Position numbers and translations under genes: made by a program. From positions 29,352-93,351 of the forward strand of contig JBFLZG010000137.1 of assembly GCA_040756235.1 (NCBI GenBank): a DNA stretch of 64,000 nt, in the 5' to 3' direction. Numbering within the stretch: position 1 is the first letter of the stretch; the number at the start of each line of letters is the position of its first letter. Source of the stretch: a bacterium. GTDB lineage: Bacteria > Desulfobacterota > DSWW01. A model generated the notes under the pieces. That model was not told the DNA's origin and made no database searches. It saw only the letters and a list, made by a program, of their open reading frames with translations. Positions 38,462 to 46,564 of the stretch are shown piece by piece.

Positions 38462-40825
38462 TTGAAACGAATTGCAGCGACCATCTTCAAGATTCGACTG
38501 CCTTTGCTCATCGTGCTGGCTCTGGCCACGCTTCTGCTCGGCTACGAAGCGAGCCGCCTCCAGGTGGTGACCGACTTCTCCAAGATGGTCCCGGACGACC
38601 ATGCATACATCGTCGATTACGGGCCCTACAAGCAGATCTTCGGCGGCGGCAACCTGATCCGGGTGGAGGTCTCCAGCAAGCAGGGCACGATCCTGACGAC
38701 CCGGTTCCTCGAGCTGCTCCGGAAGGTCAACGAAGATGTGATGTTCGTCAAGGGCGTCGACCGGCTGACCGTCCGGTCCCTGGTCTCGCCGGAGACCCGC
38801 TTCGTCATGATCAACGAGGAGGGGTTCGACCTGGGGCCGGTCGTTCCGCCCAGGATCCCGGACACGGACGAAGGCCTGGCCAAGATCCATGACAACATCC
38901 TGCTGGCCCAGCTCAAGGGCCGGCTGGTCTCGATGGACCTGGAGTCGGCCCTGATCACGGGCGAGATCTACGAGAGCGGCGTCGATTATCTTTCGGTTTA
39001 CAGGCAGCTCAACGAGATCCGCAGGACCTACACGAGCGACGAGGTCGGGATCCATATCAACGGCTTCGCCATGGTCGTCGGCTTCGTGAGAGACGCCCTG
39101 CCCAAGATCCTGGGGCTGTTCGGCGCTTCCATCTTCATCACGATCCTGATCCTGTACCGCTGCTTCCGCTACCTGAGGCTGGCGGTGCTGCCCCTGGCCT
39201 CCGGCGCGCTGAGCGTGCTCTGGTCTCTGGGGATCGCCCGCGCGCTGGGGTTGAGCCTGGATCCGATGACGACGATCGTGCCGTTCCTCGTGCTCGCGAT
39301 CGGGGTGAGCCACGGCATCCAGATGGTGAAGCGTTATCTGGAGGAGTGCGCGGTCCACAAAGAGGGGTACGACGCCGCGATGCACGCGCTGGCCGGCCTG
39401 ATCGTGCCCGGCGTCGTGGCTCTCGGGACCGATGCCTTCGGCTTTCTGACCATCCTGCTCGTGCCGATCGGCGTGATCCGCGAGCTGGCGCTCACGGCGA
39501 CCCTGGGCGTCCTCTGCATCATCGTGGCCAACATCCTGGTGCTGACCCTGGTCCTTTCCTTCTTTCCCAACCTGCTCACGTGGAGTGTGGAACCGGCCGA
39601 AAAGCAGACCCGGCCCCTGGTGGGCCGCCTGCTCACGCGCGTCGCCGCCCTCACGCACGGCCGCAACGCTTACCGGGTCGGGGTCGTGTGCCTGGCGCTG
39701 CTGGTGATGGGATTCCTCTACGCCCGCGACATGACGGTCGGCGACGTCAATCCCGGGGAGCCGCTCCTGTGGAAGGACTCGGTCTACAACCAGGACGCGG
39801 CCAAGATAATGGCGGACTTCATGCTGGGGATCGACTGGCTCTCGGTCGTGGTGACGGGCGCGGAGGAAGGGCTCTGCAAGGATTACGGCGTGCTGCAGAA
39901 GATGGAGGACTACGAGTGGGAGATCGGCTCGATACCCGGGGTCACGGTCGTGCTCTCCCCGCTGATCCTGGCGAAGGCGGTCAACGAGATGCTCCATGAA
40001 GGGGACATCCGCTGGAGGGGCCTTCCCAAGCAGCCCAAGGACCTGGGTTACGCCATGCACTACGCGGGCTCGCACGAAGACAGCGAGTTCATGAGCATGG
40101 GGTGCCAGTCCATGAACATCCGGATCTTCCTCAGCGATCACAAGGGAGACACGATCCGGCGGGTGGTCGCCAGGACCAAAGAGTTCATTGCCGGCCATCC
40201 CATGGACAGGGCCCGGTTCGTCCTCGCCGGCGGCAATGCCGGGGTGATGGCGGCGACCAACGAGGTCGTGGGCCGGGAGCAGGTCCCGATGCTCGCGCTC
40301 GTCTACGCTTCCGTGTTCCTGCTCTGCGTCGTCATGTTCCGGGAGGTGAAGGGCGCACTTTTCATCATGGCGCCGCTGTTTCTCGTCTCGGTGCTCTCGA
40401 CCGCCTTCATGAAGGCCGTGGGCCTGGGGCTGAACGTCAATACCCTTCCGGTGGCCTCGCTCGGCGTGGGGGTGGGTGTGGACTACGGGATCTACATCTA
40501 CTCGCGGCTGAGAGAGGAGAGAAAGGTCCACGCGCGCTTCGCGGATGCCGTGCAGGCCACCCTGCACACGACCGGCGCGGCCGTGCTCTACACCGCCATG
40601 ACCCTGACCGCAGGCGTGTTCACCTGGATCTTCTCGGACCTGAAGTTTCAGGCCGACATGGGCATCCTGACCGGGTTTCTGTTCATCGGCAACATGATCG
40701 GGGCGGTGGTGCTGATGCCCACCCTGGTGTACATCTTCGACGCCAGAACCAAGGAAGCGGGTCCCGCGATGTGCGCACCGAGCGCGGCTCCGGTCCGCAA
40801 AGCATCCGGAGACGGGCGGGAGTGA
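38462..40825 (+). CDS. RND superfamily / MMPL-type permease
   Basis: Two repeats of periplasmic loop plus TM bundle; LAIGVSHGIQ, GVGVGVDYGIY, SDLKFQADMG. Confidence 0.9.
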   Translation: MKRIAATIFKIRLPLLIVLALATLLLGYEASRLQVVTDFSKMVPDDHAYIVDYGPYKQIFGGGNLIRVEVSSKQGTILTTRFLELLRKVNEDVMFVKGVDRLTVRSLVSPETRFVMINEEGFDLGPVVPPRIPDTDEGLAKIHDNILLAQLKGRLVSMDLESALITGEIYESGVDYLSVYRQLNEIRRTYTSDEVGIHINGFAMVVGFVRDALPKILGLFGASIFITILILYRCFRYLRLAVLPLASGALSVLWSLGIARALGLSLDPMTTIVPFLVLAIGVSHGIQMVKRYLEECAVHKEGYDAAMHALAGLIVPGVVALGTDAFGFLTILLVPIGVIRELALTATLGVLCIIVANILVLTLVLSFFPNLLTWSVEPAEKQTRPLVGRLLTRVAALTHGRNAYRVGVVCLALLVMGFLYARDMTVGDVNPGEPLLWKDSVYNQDAAKIMADFMLGIDWLSVVVTGAEEGLCKDYGVLQKMEDYEWEIGSIPGVTVVLSPLILAKAVNEMLHEGDIRWRGLPKQPKDLGYAMHYAGSHEDSEFMSMGCQSMNIRIFLSDHKGDTIRRVVARTKEFIAGHPMDRARFVLAGGNAGVMAATNEVVGREQVPMLALVYASVFLLCVVMFREVKGALFIMAPLFLVSVLSTAFMKAVGLGLNVNTLPVASLGVGVGVDYGIYIYSRLREERKVHARFADAVQATLHTTGAAVLYTAMTLTAGVFTWIFSDLKFQADMGILTGFLFIGNMIGAVVLMPTLVYIFDARTKEAGPAMCAPSAAPVRKASGDGRE

Positions 40826-40833
40826 GGACGACC

Positions 40834-41859
40834 ATGACACGAGGAGTTGCAGAGGCAGGGCAGCCGGGACGCGAAGCGGTGCCTGCGGAGACCCGGATGC
40901 ACGGCAGGACGCATGCGCCTGCGGAGTCCGCCTTCGATCGGAAGTTCATCTCCACGGTCCTGGCTCTTCTCGGCGCGGCGATCGTGTTTTTCACCTATCT
41001 CCATTTCTATCAGCCTCAGATCCTGCGCGTTCCCAGCAACACCGACGTCTCGAGCTGGACGAACCCCGCGTTCGAGCAGACCTGCATTTACGACCGCATG
41101 ACTGCGGAAGAGCGACAAAGGGTACTGGAGCAGGGGATCCCGCTCAACACCGTCTCCAACCTGATCGTGGCCGCGCTCTTCTCGGTCGTCTGCTCCTGGC
41201 TCTGTTTCGCTCACGCCCGGAAGCACTACGGCCGCTGGATGGCCTGGTGCTTCCTGTTCGGCTCCTTTGTCTTCACCGGCGCGCAGGAATCGATGTGGAT
41301 CCTATTCGGCCGGTTCATGGGGCGCTCGGCCATGAGCGGTCTGGCGCAGGACCCGAGCGTGGGGACCTACTGGTTCACGCGCGGCGCCCTGTGGTTCATC
41401 GAGACGCCCGTGGAAGTCTGCCTGGGCTGGTTCTTTGTCGCCTACGGATGCGTGTGGATAGCTTCGAGGGTCTTCCCGGCTACGAGGCTGCTGGGCCGGG
41501 CCGCCGTGGGAGGCCTCATTGCCATGACCATCGACCTGTGGGAAGACCCGGTCGCGACCTCGCCGGAGCTCATGAGCTGGGTTTGGGCCAAAGGGGATTT
41601 CCTGCGGATCTTCGGGATTCCCCACACGAACTTCCTGGGATGGTTTCTCCTCATTTTCCTGTTCGCGATCTTCTGGGAATGGCTGCCCTCCATGGAGCGC
41701 CGCTGGGGTCGGGGGAGGGCGACTCTGGCGTTTTTCGGCATTGTCGTGGCCACGGAGGCGGCGATTCTGATCTTCATGCTGGTATGGTGCAGCGCCTTTC
41801 AGTCCCTGCTCGCTGCTTTGGGCTTCCAGCAGGGCATCCAGATACCGCAGGGCTGGTGA
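40834..41859 (+). CDS. CruF/DUF422-like membrane protein 1 (putative alkene hydratase)
   Basis: FTGAQE, P..VCLGW, IDLWEDP, W.W, GIPHTNFLGWF. Confidence 0.75.
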   Translation: MTRGVAEAGQPGREAVPAETRMHGRTHAPAESAFDRKFISTVLALLGAAIVFFTYLHFYQPQILRVPSNTDVSSWTNPAFEQTCIYDRMTAEERQRVLEQGIPLNTVSNLIVAALFSVVCSWLCFAHARKHYGRWMAWCFLFGSFVFTGAQESMWILFGRFMGRSAMSGLAQDPSVGTYWFTRGALWFIETPVEVCLGWFFVAYGCVWIASRVFPATRLLGRAAVGGLIAMTIDLWEDPVATSPELMSWVWAKGDFLRIFGIPHTNFLGWFLLIFLFAIFWEWLPSMERRWGRGRATLAFFGIVVATEAAILIFMLVWCSAFQSLLAALGFQQGIQIPQGW

Positions 41860-41888
41860 GACCTCTCGCAATCAGACAGGAGCGCTCC

Positions 41889-42095
41889 ATGTGGAAGAAG
41901 ATCTGGAGGAACCGGGTGGAGTTCTATCCCTATTTTGCCATTTATCTCTTCTGGTTCATGGGTGCCTTCCTGGGATCGCTCGGGATCCAGAACCGGCCGG
42001 GGATCGTCGCCCTGGGCGTGGTGACCGTCCCTTCGCTCACGCTGATCACGATCGCAGCGGTCCGCACGTACAGAGGGCTCCCCGGGTCTGCCTGA
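41889..42095 (+). CDS. Small two-TM membrane protein (68 aa)
   Basis: CAGGAG RBS; MWKKIWRNRVEFYPYFAIYLFWFMGAFLGSLG..; fills the gap in the operon. Confidence 0.7.
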   Translation: MWKKIWRNRVEFYPYFAIYLFWFMGAFLGSLGIQNRPGIVALGVVTVPSLTLITIAAVRTYRGLPGSA

Positions 42096-42141
42096 GCCGC
42101 CTCACTTGACCCTTTCCCCGTGACCAGGGAGGCAGGACCGA

Positions 42142-43122
42142 ATGAAGCCGGCACCCTCCGTTCCCCTCGCGTTCCCGGCGCCTCCGCGGCCTTCTTATGA
42201 CCGGAGCTTCGGCGCCGTGGCTTACGGATCGCTCGTGGCGGTCCTGCTCCTCTTCAGCTACCTGCATCATTTTCAGCCGCAAGTCCTGCGTGTGCCCGAC
42301 AACGGCAGCGTGTCCTCCTGGCAGCGTCCGGCCTTCGAGGAGACCCTGATCCACGACCAGATGACCGCAGCTCAGAGGCAGGAGATCCGGTCACGGGGCG
42401 TGGTCCTGGGTAAGGATTTCGGCATGCAGCTCGCGGGCGACCTCTTCACCATGGCCCTGGCCTGGGTCTGTTTCAGCCACGCCCTGCGGCACTTCGGCTT
42501 TTGGATGGCCTCGTGCTTTCTCATGGGGTCCTTCGTCTTCACCGGCCTGGAGGAGACCCTCTGGATCCTCTCGGGACGGTTTTTCGGCGGGATGGTCCAC
42601 AACCCTCTGGGAGAGACCTTTCACGGCACCTACTGGTTCACCCGCGGGATCTTCTGGTTTCTGGAAACCCCGATCACCGCGTGCCTCGGCTGGTTCTTCA
42701 TCGCTTACTCGTGCGTGCTCACCGCAGGAAAGGTCTTCCCCCGCATGGGCCTCTGGGGACGGGCCACCGTGGGCGGGCTGATCGCCATGTCCATCGATCT
42801 CTGGATCGATCCGGTGCAGACGGCGCCCGAGGTCACCTCGTGGGTCTGGGCCAAGGGCGATTTCCTGCTGTTCTTCGGTATTCCCCACTACAATTTCATC
42901 GGCTGGTTCCTCCTGATCTTCCTGTTCGCCATCTTCTGGGAGAAACTGCCCGGCATGGAGGCGCGGTACGGCCGAGCCGGAGCGACGAACCGTTTCTTTG
43001 CCATCGTGCTCGGCGTTCCCTGGCTCGTTCTCTTCTTCATCTGGCTGTGGCTCTTCGTACTCGGGAGCCTCTTCTCCTGGGCGGGAGTGGAACAGGCGGT
43101 GCACGTGCCCAGGGGCTGGTAA
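42142..43122 (+). CDS. CruF/DUF422-like membrane protein 2 (close paralog of protein 1)
   Basis: FTGLEE, IDLWIDP, WVWAKGD, GIPHYNFIGWF. Confidence 0.75.
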   Translation: MKPAPSVPLAFPAPPRPSYDRSFGAVAYGSLVAVLLLFSYLHHFQPQVLRVPDNGSVSSWQRPAFEETLIHDQMTAAQRQEIRSRGVVLGKDFGMQLAGDLFTMALAWVCFSHALRHFGFWMASCFLMGSFVFTGLEETLWILSGRFFGGMVHNPLGETFHGTYWFTRGIFWFLETPITACLGWFFIAYSCVLTAGKVFPRMGLWGRATVGGLIAMSIDLWIDPVQTAPEVTSWVWAKGDFLLFFGIPHYNFIGWFLLIFLFAIFWEKLPGMEARYGRAGATNRFFAIVLGVPWLVLFFIWLWLFVLGSLFSWAGVEQAVHVPRGW

Positions 43123-43145
43123 CGGACCTGAAACCGGGAGAAGCC

Positions 43146-44117
43146 ATGAACGACGACAAGCTGGGTCGAGGCGCTTTCTTTTACATGACGGCCGTCACCG
43201 TCTTCAACGTGGGCAACGTCCTGTACAACTACTTCTTCGTGGACCCGGTTCAGTTCCAGCAGTCCTACCAGCGCGCCGGCGACGCGCCCGGACCGCTGGA
43301 GTACTCGGCCCTGGTCAACATCTGCCTGAACCTGGTGTTCCTTTTCTGGAGCTCCTCGCTGGCCAAGGGTTGGGGGCGCACCCTGTCGGCCTTCTTCATC
43401 ACGGTCCTCATCGCCTTCGTGGCCGAGGGGCTGGGCGTGCATTACGGCTACGTGTTCGGCCACTATCACTACTCCGGAATCCTCGGGGTGCAGGTATGGG
43501 CCGTGCCGATCATCGTGTGCATGGCCTGGGAGCCCATCCTCTACGCCGCCTATTGCCTCACCGACTTCCTGATCCCGTCGGACTTGAAGAAATCCGGCTC
43601 CTTCGTACGGCGGATCTTCCCCTACCTGATCATGGCGGCCTTCGGCGGCATGGCCACCACGGCCTGGGACCTCATGATCGACCCGTTCGCCGTGGATCAG
43701 GGCTGGTGGATCTGGGAACAGGGCGGCCCGTACACTCCGTACATTGCGACCGGCGTTCCGATCAGCAACTTCTTCGGGTGGTGGAAGGTGGCCTTCGTGT
43801 GTCACCTCGTCTATCGCCTCATCCTGGAGACGCACCCCAAGCCCCGCCGTTCTCTTTACCTGAGCGTCTACGGTCCCCTTATGCTCTATCTGCACCTGTT
43901 CCTGGGCGCCCTGAGCTCGATGCTGCTCTTCCTGAAACGGCCGGAAGTGGCGATGATCGGGGTCATGTGCATGGGAGGATTCCTGGTCCTGGCTTTCGGA
44001 AAGATCTTTCTGCTGAAGCAGCGCGTGGCGCCGCACCCGGCTGACCGCTGGCTCGCGGGAGAGGCCGGGGAGCCGGCCGCGGAGATCTCGCGCGAGCACG
44101 GGCGAGCAGTGGGCTGA
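43146..44117 (+). CDS. CruF/DUF422-like membrane protein 3 (canonical motifs)
   Basis: AEGLGVHYGYVFGHYHY..LG...VP.I..W; WDLMIDP..GWWIW; GVPISNFFGW. Confidence 0.85.
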   Translation: MNDDKLGRGAFFYMTAVTVFNVGNVLYNYFFVDPVQFQQSYQRAGDAPGPLEYSALVNICLNLVFLFWSSSLAKGWGRTLSAFFITVLIAFVAEGLGVHYGYVFGHYHYSGILGVQVWAVPIIVCMAWEPILYAAYCLTDFLIPSDLKKSGSFVRRIFPYLIMAAFGGMATTAWDLMIDPFAVDQGWWIWEQGGPYTPYIATGVPISNFFGWWKVAFVCHLVYRLILETHPKPRRSLYLSVYGPLMLYLHLFLGALSSMLLFLKRPEVAMIGVMCMGGFLVLAFGKIFLLKQRVAPHPADRWLAGEAGEPAAEISREHGRAVG

Positions 44118-44177
44118 GGTGCTCATTCGTAGCAGGGAGGCCACGGTGGCGGCCGGAGCGAGCACCATGAGCACTCG

Positions 44178-44213
44178 GTAGGGTGGACCAAGCCGAAGGC
44201 GTGTCCACCAACC
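44178..44213. repeat. GTAG-type REP palindrome
   Basis: GTAGGGTGGACCAAGCCGAAGGCGTGTCCACCAACC; related copy at 14842. Confidence 0.65.
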
Positions 44214-44281
44214 ACGGCTGCCGCATCGCGAGCGTGGCACTTGCGCGAAGTACAACCCGCCGGAGGTAAACAGGCAAGCAC

Positions 44282-45148
44282 ATGAGACTGGATTCCTGGG
44301 TAATGGAGCTGTTCTTCCTGCCCCTCGTGTACCTGGTCATGCGCGAGGCGCGGATCGTTTACGGCCGGGAGCGGGCCAGCATCTTTTTCTGGGGCTCGAT
44401 CCTGTGGACCGGAACGATCGAGAACCTGGCGGTCATGTTGGGGGCCTACGACTACTTCGCCTACGCCAACTACTATTCCTTCGGTGGCAGGGTGATCCAG
44501 GGCTACGGCGGCTGGGTCGCCTGGATTCTGTTCGTCCCGGTCTCGATCTGCCTGGGCTGGTTCTTCCTGAGCTTTCCGGCCCTGATGGTCTCCATCCGCC
44601 TGCTGGGTGACCGGGCCAACATCTGGCTCAAGGCCGCCTTCGCGGGGCTCATCTTGGTGAGCTACGACGTGTTCTTCGACCCCCTGGCCGTGGTCAACCA
44701 GTGGTGGCGCTGGACCACGCCGGCCTTGTACATCCGCGGGGTCCCCTTGAGCAACTGGATCGGCTGGTTCTTCCTGCTGTTCTTTTTCGGCGCCCTCTAC
44801 GAGCGCACCGTGCTGCAGCAGAAGGGGGTGAGAGGGCTTGTCTGGCTGGAGAGAATGCTGTTCCGGGCCGACACCACGGACCTTTCCGGCATGGACACCT
44901 GGAGAATCGGGAGGATCTTCTACTTCCGCCTGGCGGCCTATCTGCCGGTGTTCTTCGCCGTCTCCATGATCGCCTCGCTGCTCACGACGACCCTCTGGAA
45001 CAATCGGTGGGGTCCCTACCACAACGTCTTTCCGGCCACGGCCATTCACGAAAAGTACACGATTCCTGCAGCGGGACAGGCCGGCTCGCCCCGGCAGGAG
45101 CCGGCCATCCTCTCGGTCGGAGAGCAGCCATCGGGAGCAGACAGATGA
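44282..45148 (+). CDS. CruF/DUF422-like membrane protein 4
   Basis: TGTIEN..G.Y.Y, VP.SICLGW, YDVFFDP..WWRW, GVPLSNWIGWF. Confidence 0.78.
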   Translation: MRLDSWVMELFFLPLVYLVMREARIVYGRERASIFFWGSILWTGTIENLAVMLGAYDYFAYANYYSFGGRVIQGYGGWVAWILFVPVSICLGWFFLSFPALMVSIRLLGDRANIWLKAAFAGLILVSYDVFFDPLAVVNQWWRWTTPALYIRGVPLSNWIGWFFLLFFFGALYERTVLQQKGVRGLVWLERMLFRADTTDLSGMDTWRIGRIFYFRLAAYLPVFFAVSMIASLLTTTLWNNRWGPYHNVFPATAIHEKYTIPAAGQAGSPRQEPAILSVGEQPSGADR

Positions 45149-45393
45149 ATCATGCGGACCCTGTTGCGGATGCGGATTCGGCCGGCGCCGACAGAGCCCG
45201 GCGGAGAATGGCTTTCTGGCCTCTGCTCATGTACCTGATCGGGCTCGTCTGGGCGTACCTGAGCGTCCCTTTCGAGGGCCACACCTCCGCCCCGGAGAAC
45301 GTCGTCTACAGCGTGCTGGTGGCAGGCCCCTTTTGGATCGCCATGCTCGTTTTCCTGGTCGTCGTCCGGCGGGATGGACGTGCGAAACCGTGA
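45145..45393 (+). CDS. Small two-TM membrane protein (82 aa)
   Basis: ATGA overlap with upstream stop; two hydrophobic segments (AFWPLLMYLIGLVWAYL; VVYSVLVAGPFWIAMLVFLVVV). Confidence 0.65.
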   Translation: MNHADPVADADSAGADRARRRMAFWPLLMYLIGLVWAYLSVPFEGHTSAPENVVYSVLVAGPFWIAMLVFLVVVRRDGRAKP

Positions 45394-45405
45394 TCTCCGG
45401 AGGGG

Positions 45406-46482
45406 ATGCAGATGGCCGAAAAGATCCATATTCTCGGGGCAGGCTTGTCGGGGATGGTTGCGGCGATCAACCTCGCTCGGCAGGGCCGGGAGGTTCTGGT
45501 GCTGGAGGGGGCGAAGGGCCTGGGCGGCATGGGCGGGCTGCACCCCTCGGTGCACACGACCCCGATCGATCCGGCCTGGATGAGCCGGGAGATCGGTATC
45601 GACGTGACCCCGGTCTTCCACAGACCTAAAGGGTTCATGCTCGGCCTCGGCGACAAGACCTTCAAGCTCGACCCCGGCCCCATGCATTCCGTGGAGCGGG
45701 GCGCAAGGAAGACCTCGATCGACACCTTGCTCTACGAGGAGGCCCAAGCGGCCGGGGTCGCGTTCCAGTTCGGGGTCTACCTCAAGGACCTGCGCCAGCT
45801 TCCGAAGGGCTCGATCATCGCCACCGGACTCCACCACGAGATGTACGACTACCTGGCCATACCCTCCGAAGTCCCGCGCGGCTTTGCCTCCACCCGCAAG
45901 ATCGACTGGGAGAACTGGTGCGCGGGCAGTATGGCCTCTTACACGGACGACTACTTTTACGCCAACTGCGTCAACCAGCTCATGTACGGGCTCCTGTTCG
46001 GCCGCAGGAAGGTGACGGTGGAGGGGCTGGAGGCCTGCAAGCTGGACATCCGGAAGAAGTTCGGCCTGGAGCTCGAGAACTGGGAGTACTTCACGGTGCG
46101 GGTGCCCACGGCCTCTGCCACCAACCCGAGGCTGTTCCAGGACGGCTACATCCTGGCCGGCACCCTGGCCGGCGCCATGGACCCGATCGCCCTGTTCGGC
46201 ATCCATGGCGCGCTGCTCTCGGGCAAGGTCGCGGCGACGGCGGTGGAGAGCCCGGATCAAGGCCTCGCGGAGTTCCGCAGGATCACGCGCTACTACCGGA
46301 TCGCGTACTACGTGAAGCAGTTTCAGAAGAGCCTGCCGCCCAACCTGGCCGCGATGGAGTTCTCCCTCCGTCACCCGCGTCTGTTCTACCCGATGATGGC
46401 GATCTCCTCCGTCTCCGTACCGGGGTACCGTCAAGGCAACTGGAACTACGAGGTCATGAAGAAGTTGGAGAGGGTGCAGTAG
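45406..46482 (+). CDS. NAD(P)/FAD-dependent oxidoreductase (geranylgeranyl reductase-like)
   Basis: ILGAGLSG, VERG..S(I)D..L, IIATG, LAGTLAGAMDP..LFGIHGALLSG. Confidence 0.72.
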   Translation: MQMAEKIHILGAGLSGMVAAINLARQGREVLVLEGAKGLGGMGGLHPSVHTTPIDPAWMSREIGIDVTPVFHRPKGFMLGLGDKTFKLDPGPMHSVERGARKTSIDTLLYEEAQAAGVAFQFGVYLKDLRQLPKGSIIATGLHHEMYDYLAIPSEVPRGFASTRKIDWENWCAGSMASYTDDYFYANCVNQLMYGLLFGRRKVTVEGLEACKLDIRKKFGLELENWEYFTVRVPTASATNPRLFQDGYILAGTLAGAMDPIALFGIHGALLSGKVAATAVESPDQGLAEFRRITRYYRIAYYVKQFQKSLPPNLAAMEFSLRHPRLFYPMMAISSVSVPGYRQGNWNYEVMKKLERVQ

Positions 46483-46564
46483 CCTCGAGCCTGCCCTCTA
46501 CGACTCGGTCTATGTCGGGCGGAGGTTACATCACCGGGTCTTTCCGGGGTCCCGGGGAGAAACC

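Noticed and set aside
40102..44117. Long N-terminal extensions on CruF-like ORFs (starts 40102, 41247, 42501)
   Set aside because: They overlap upstream genes in other frames with low-complexity Arg/Gly-rich translation; downstream ATGs fit the operon.
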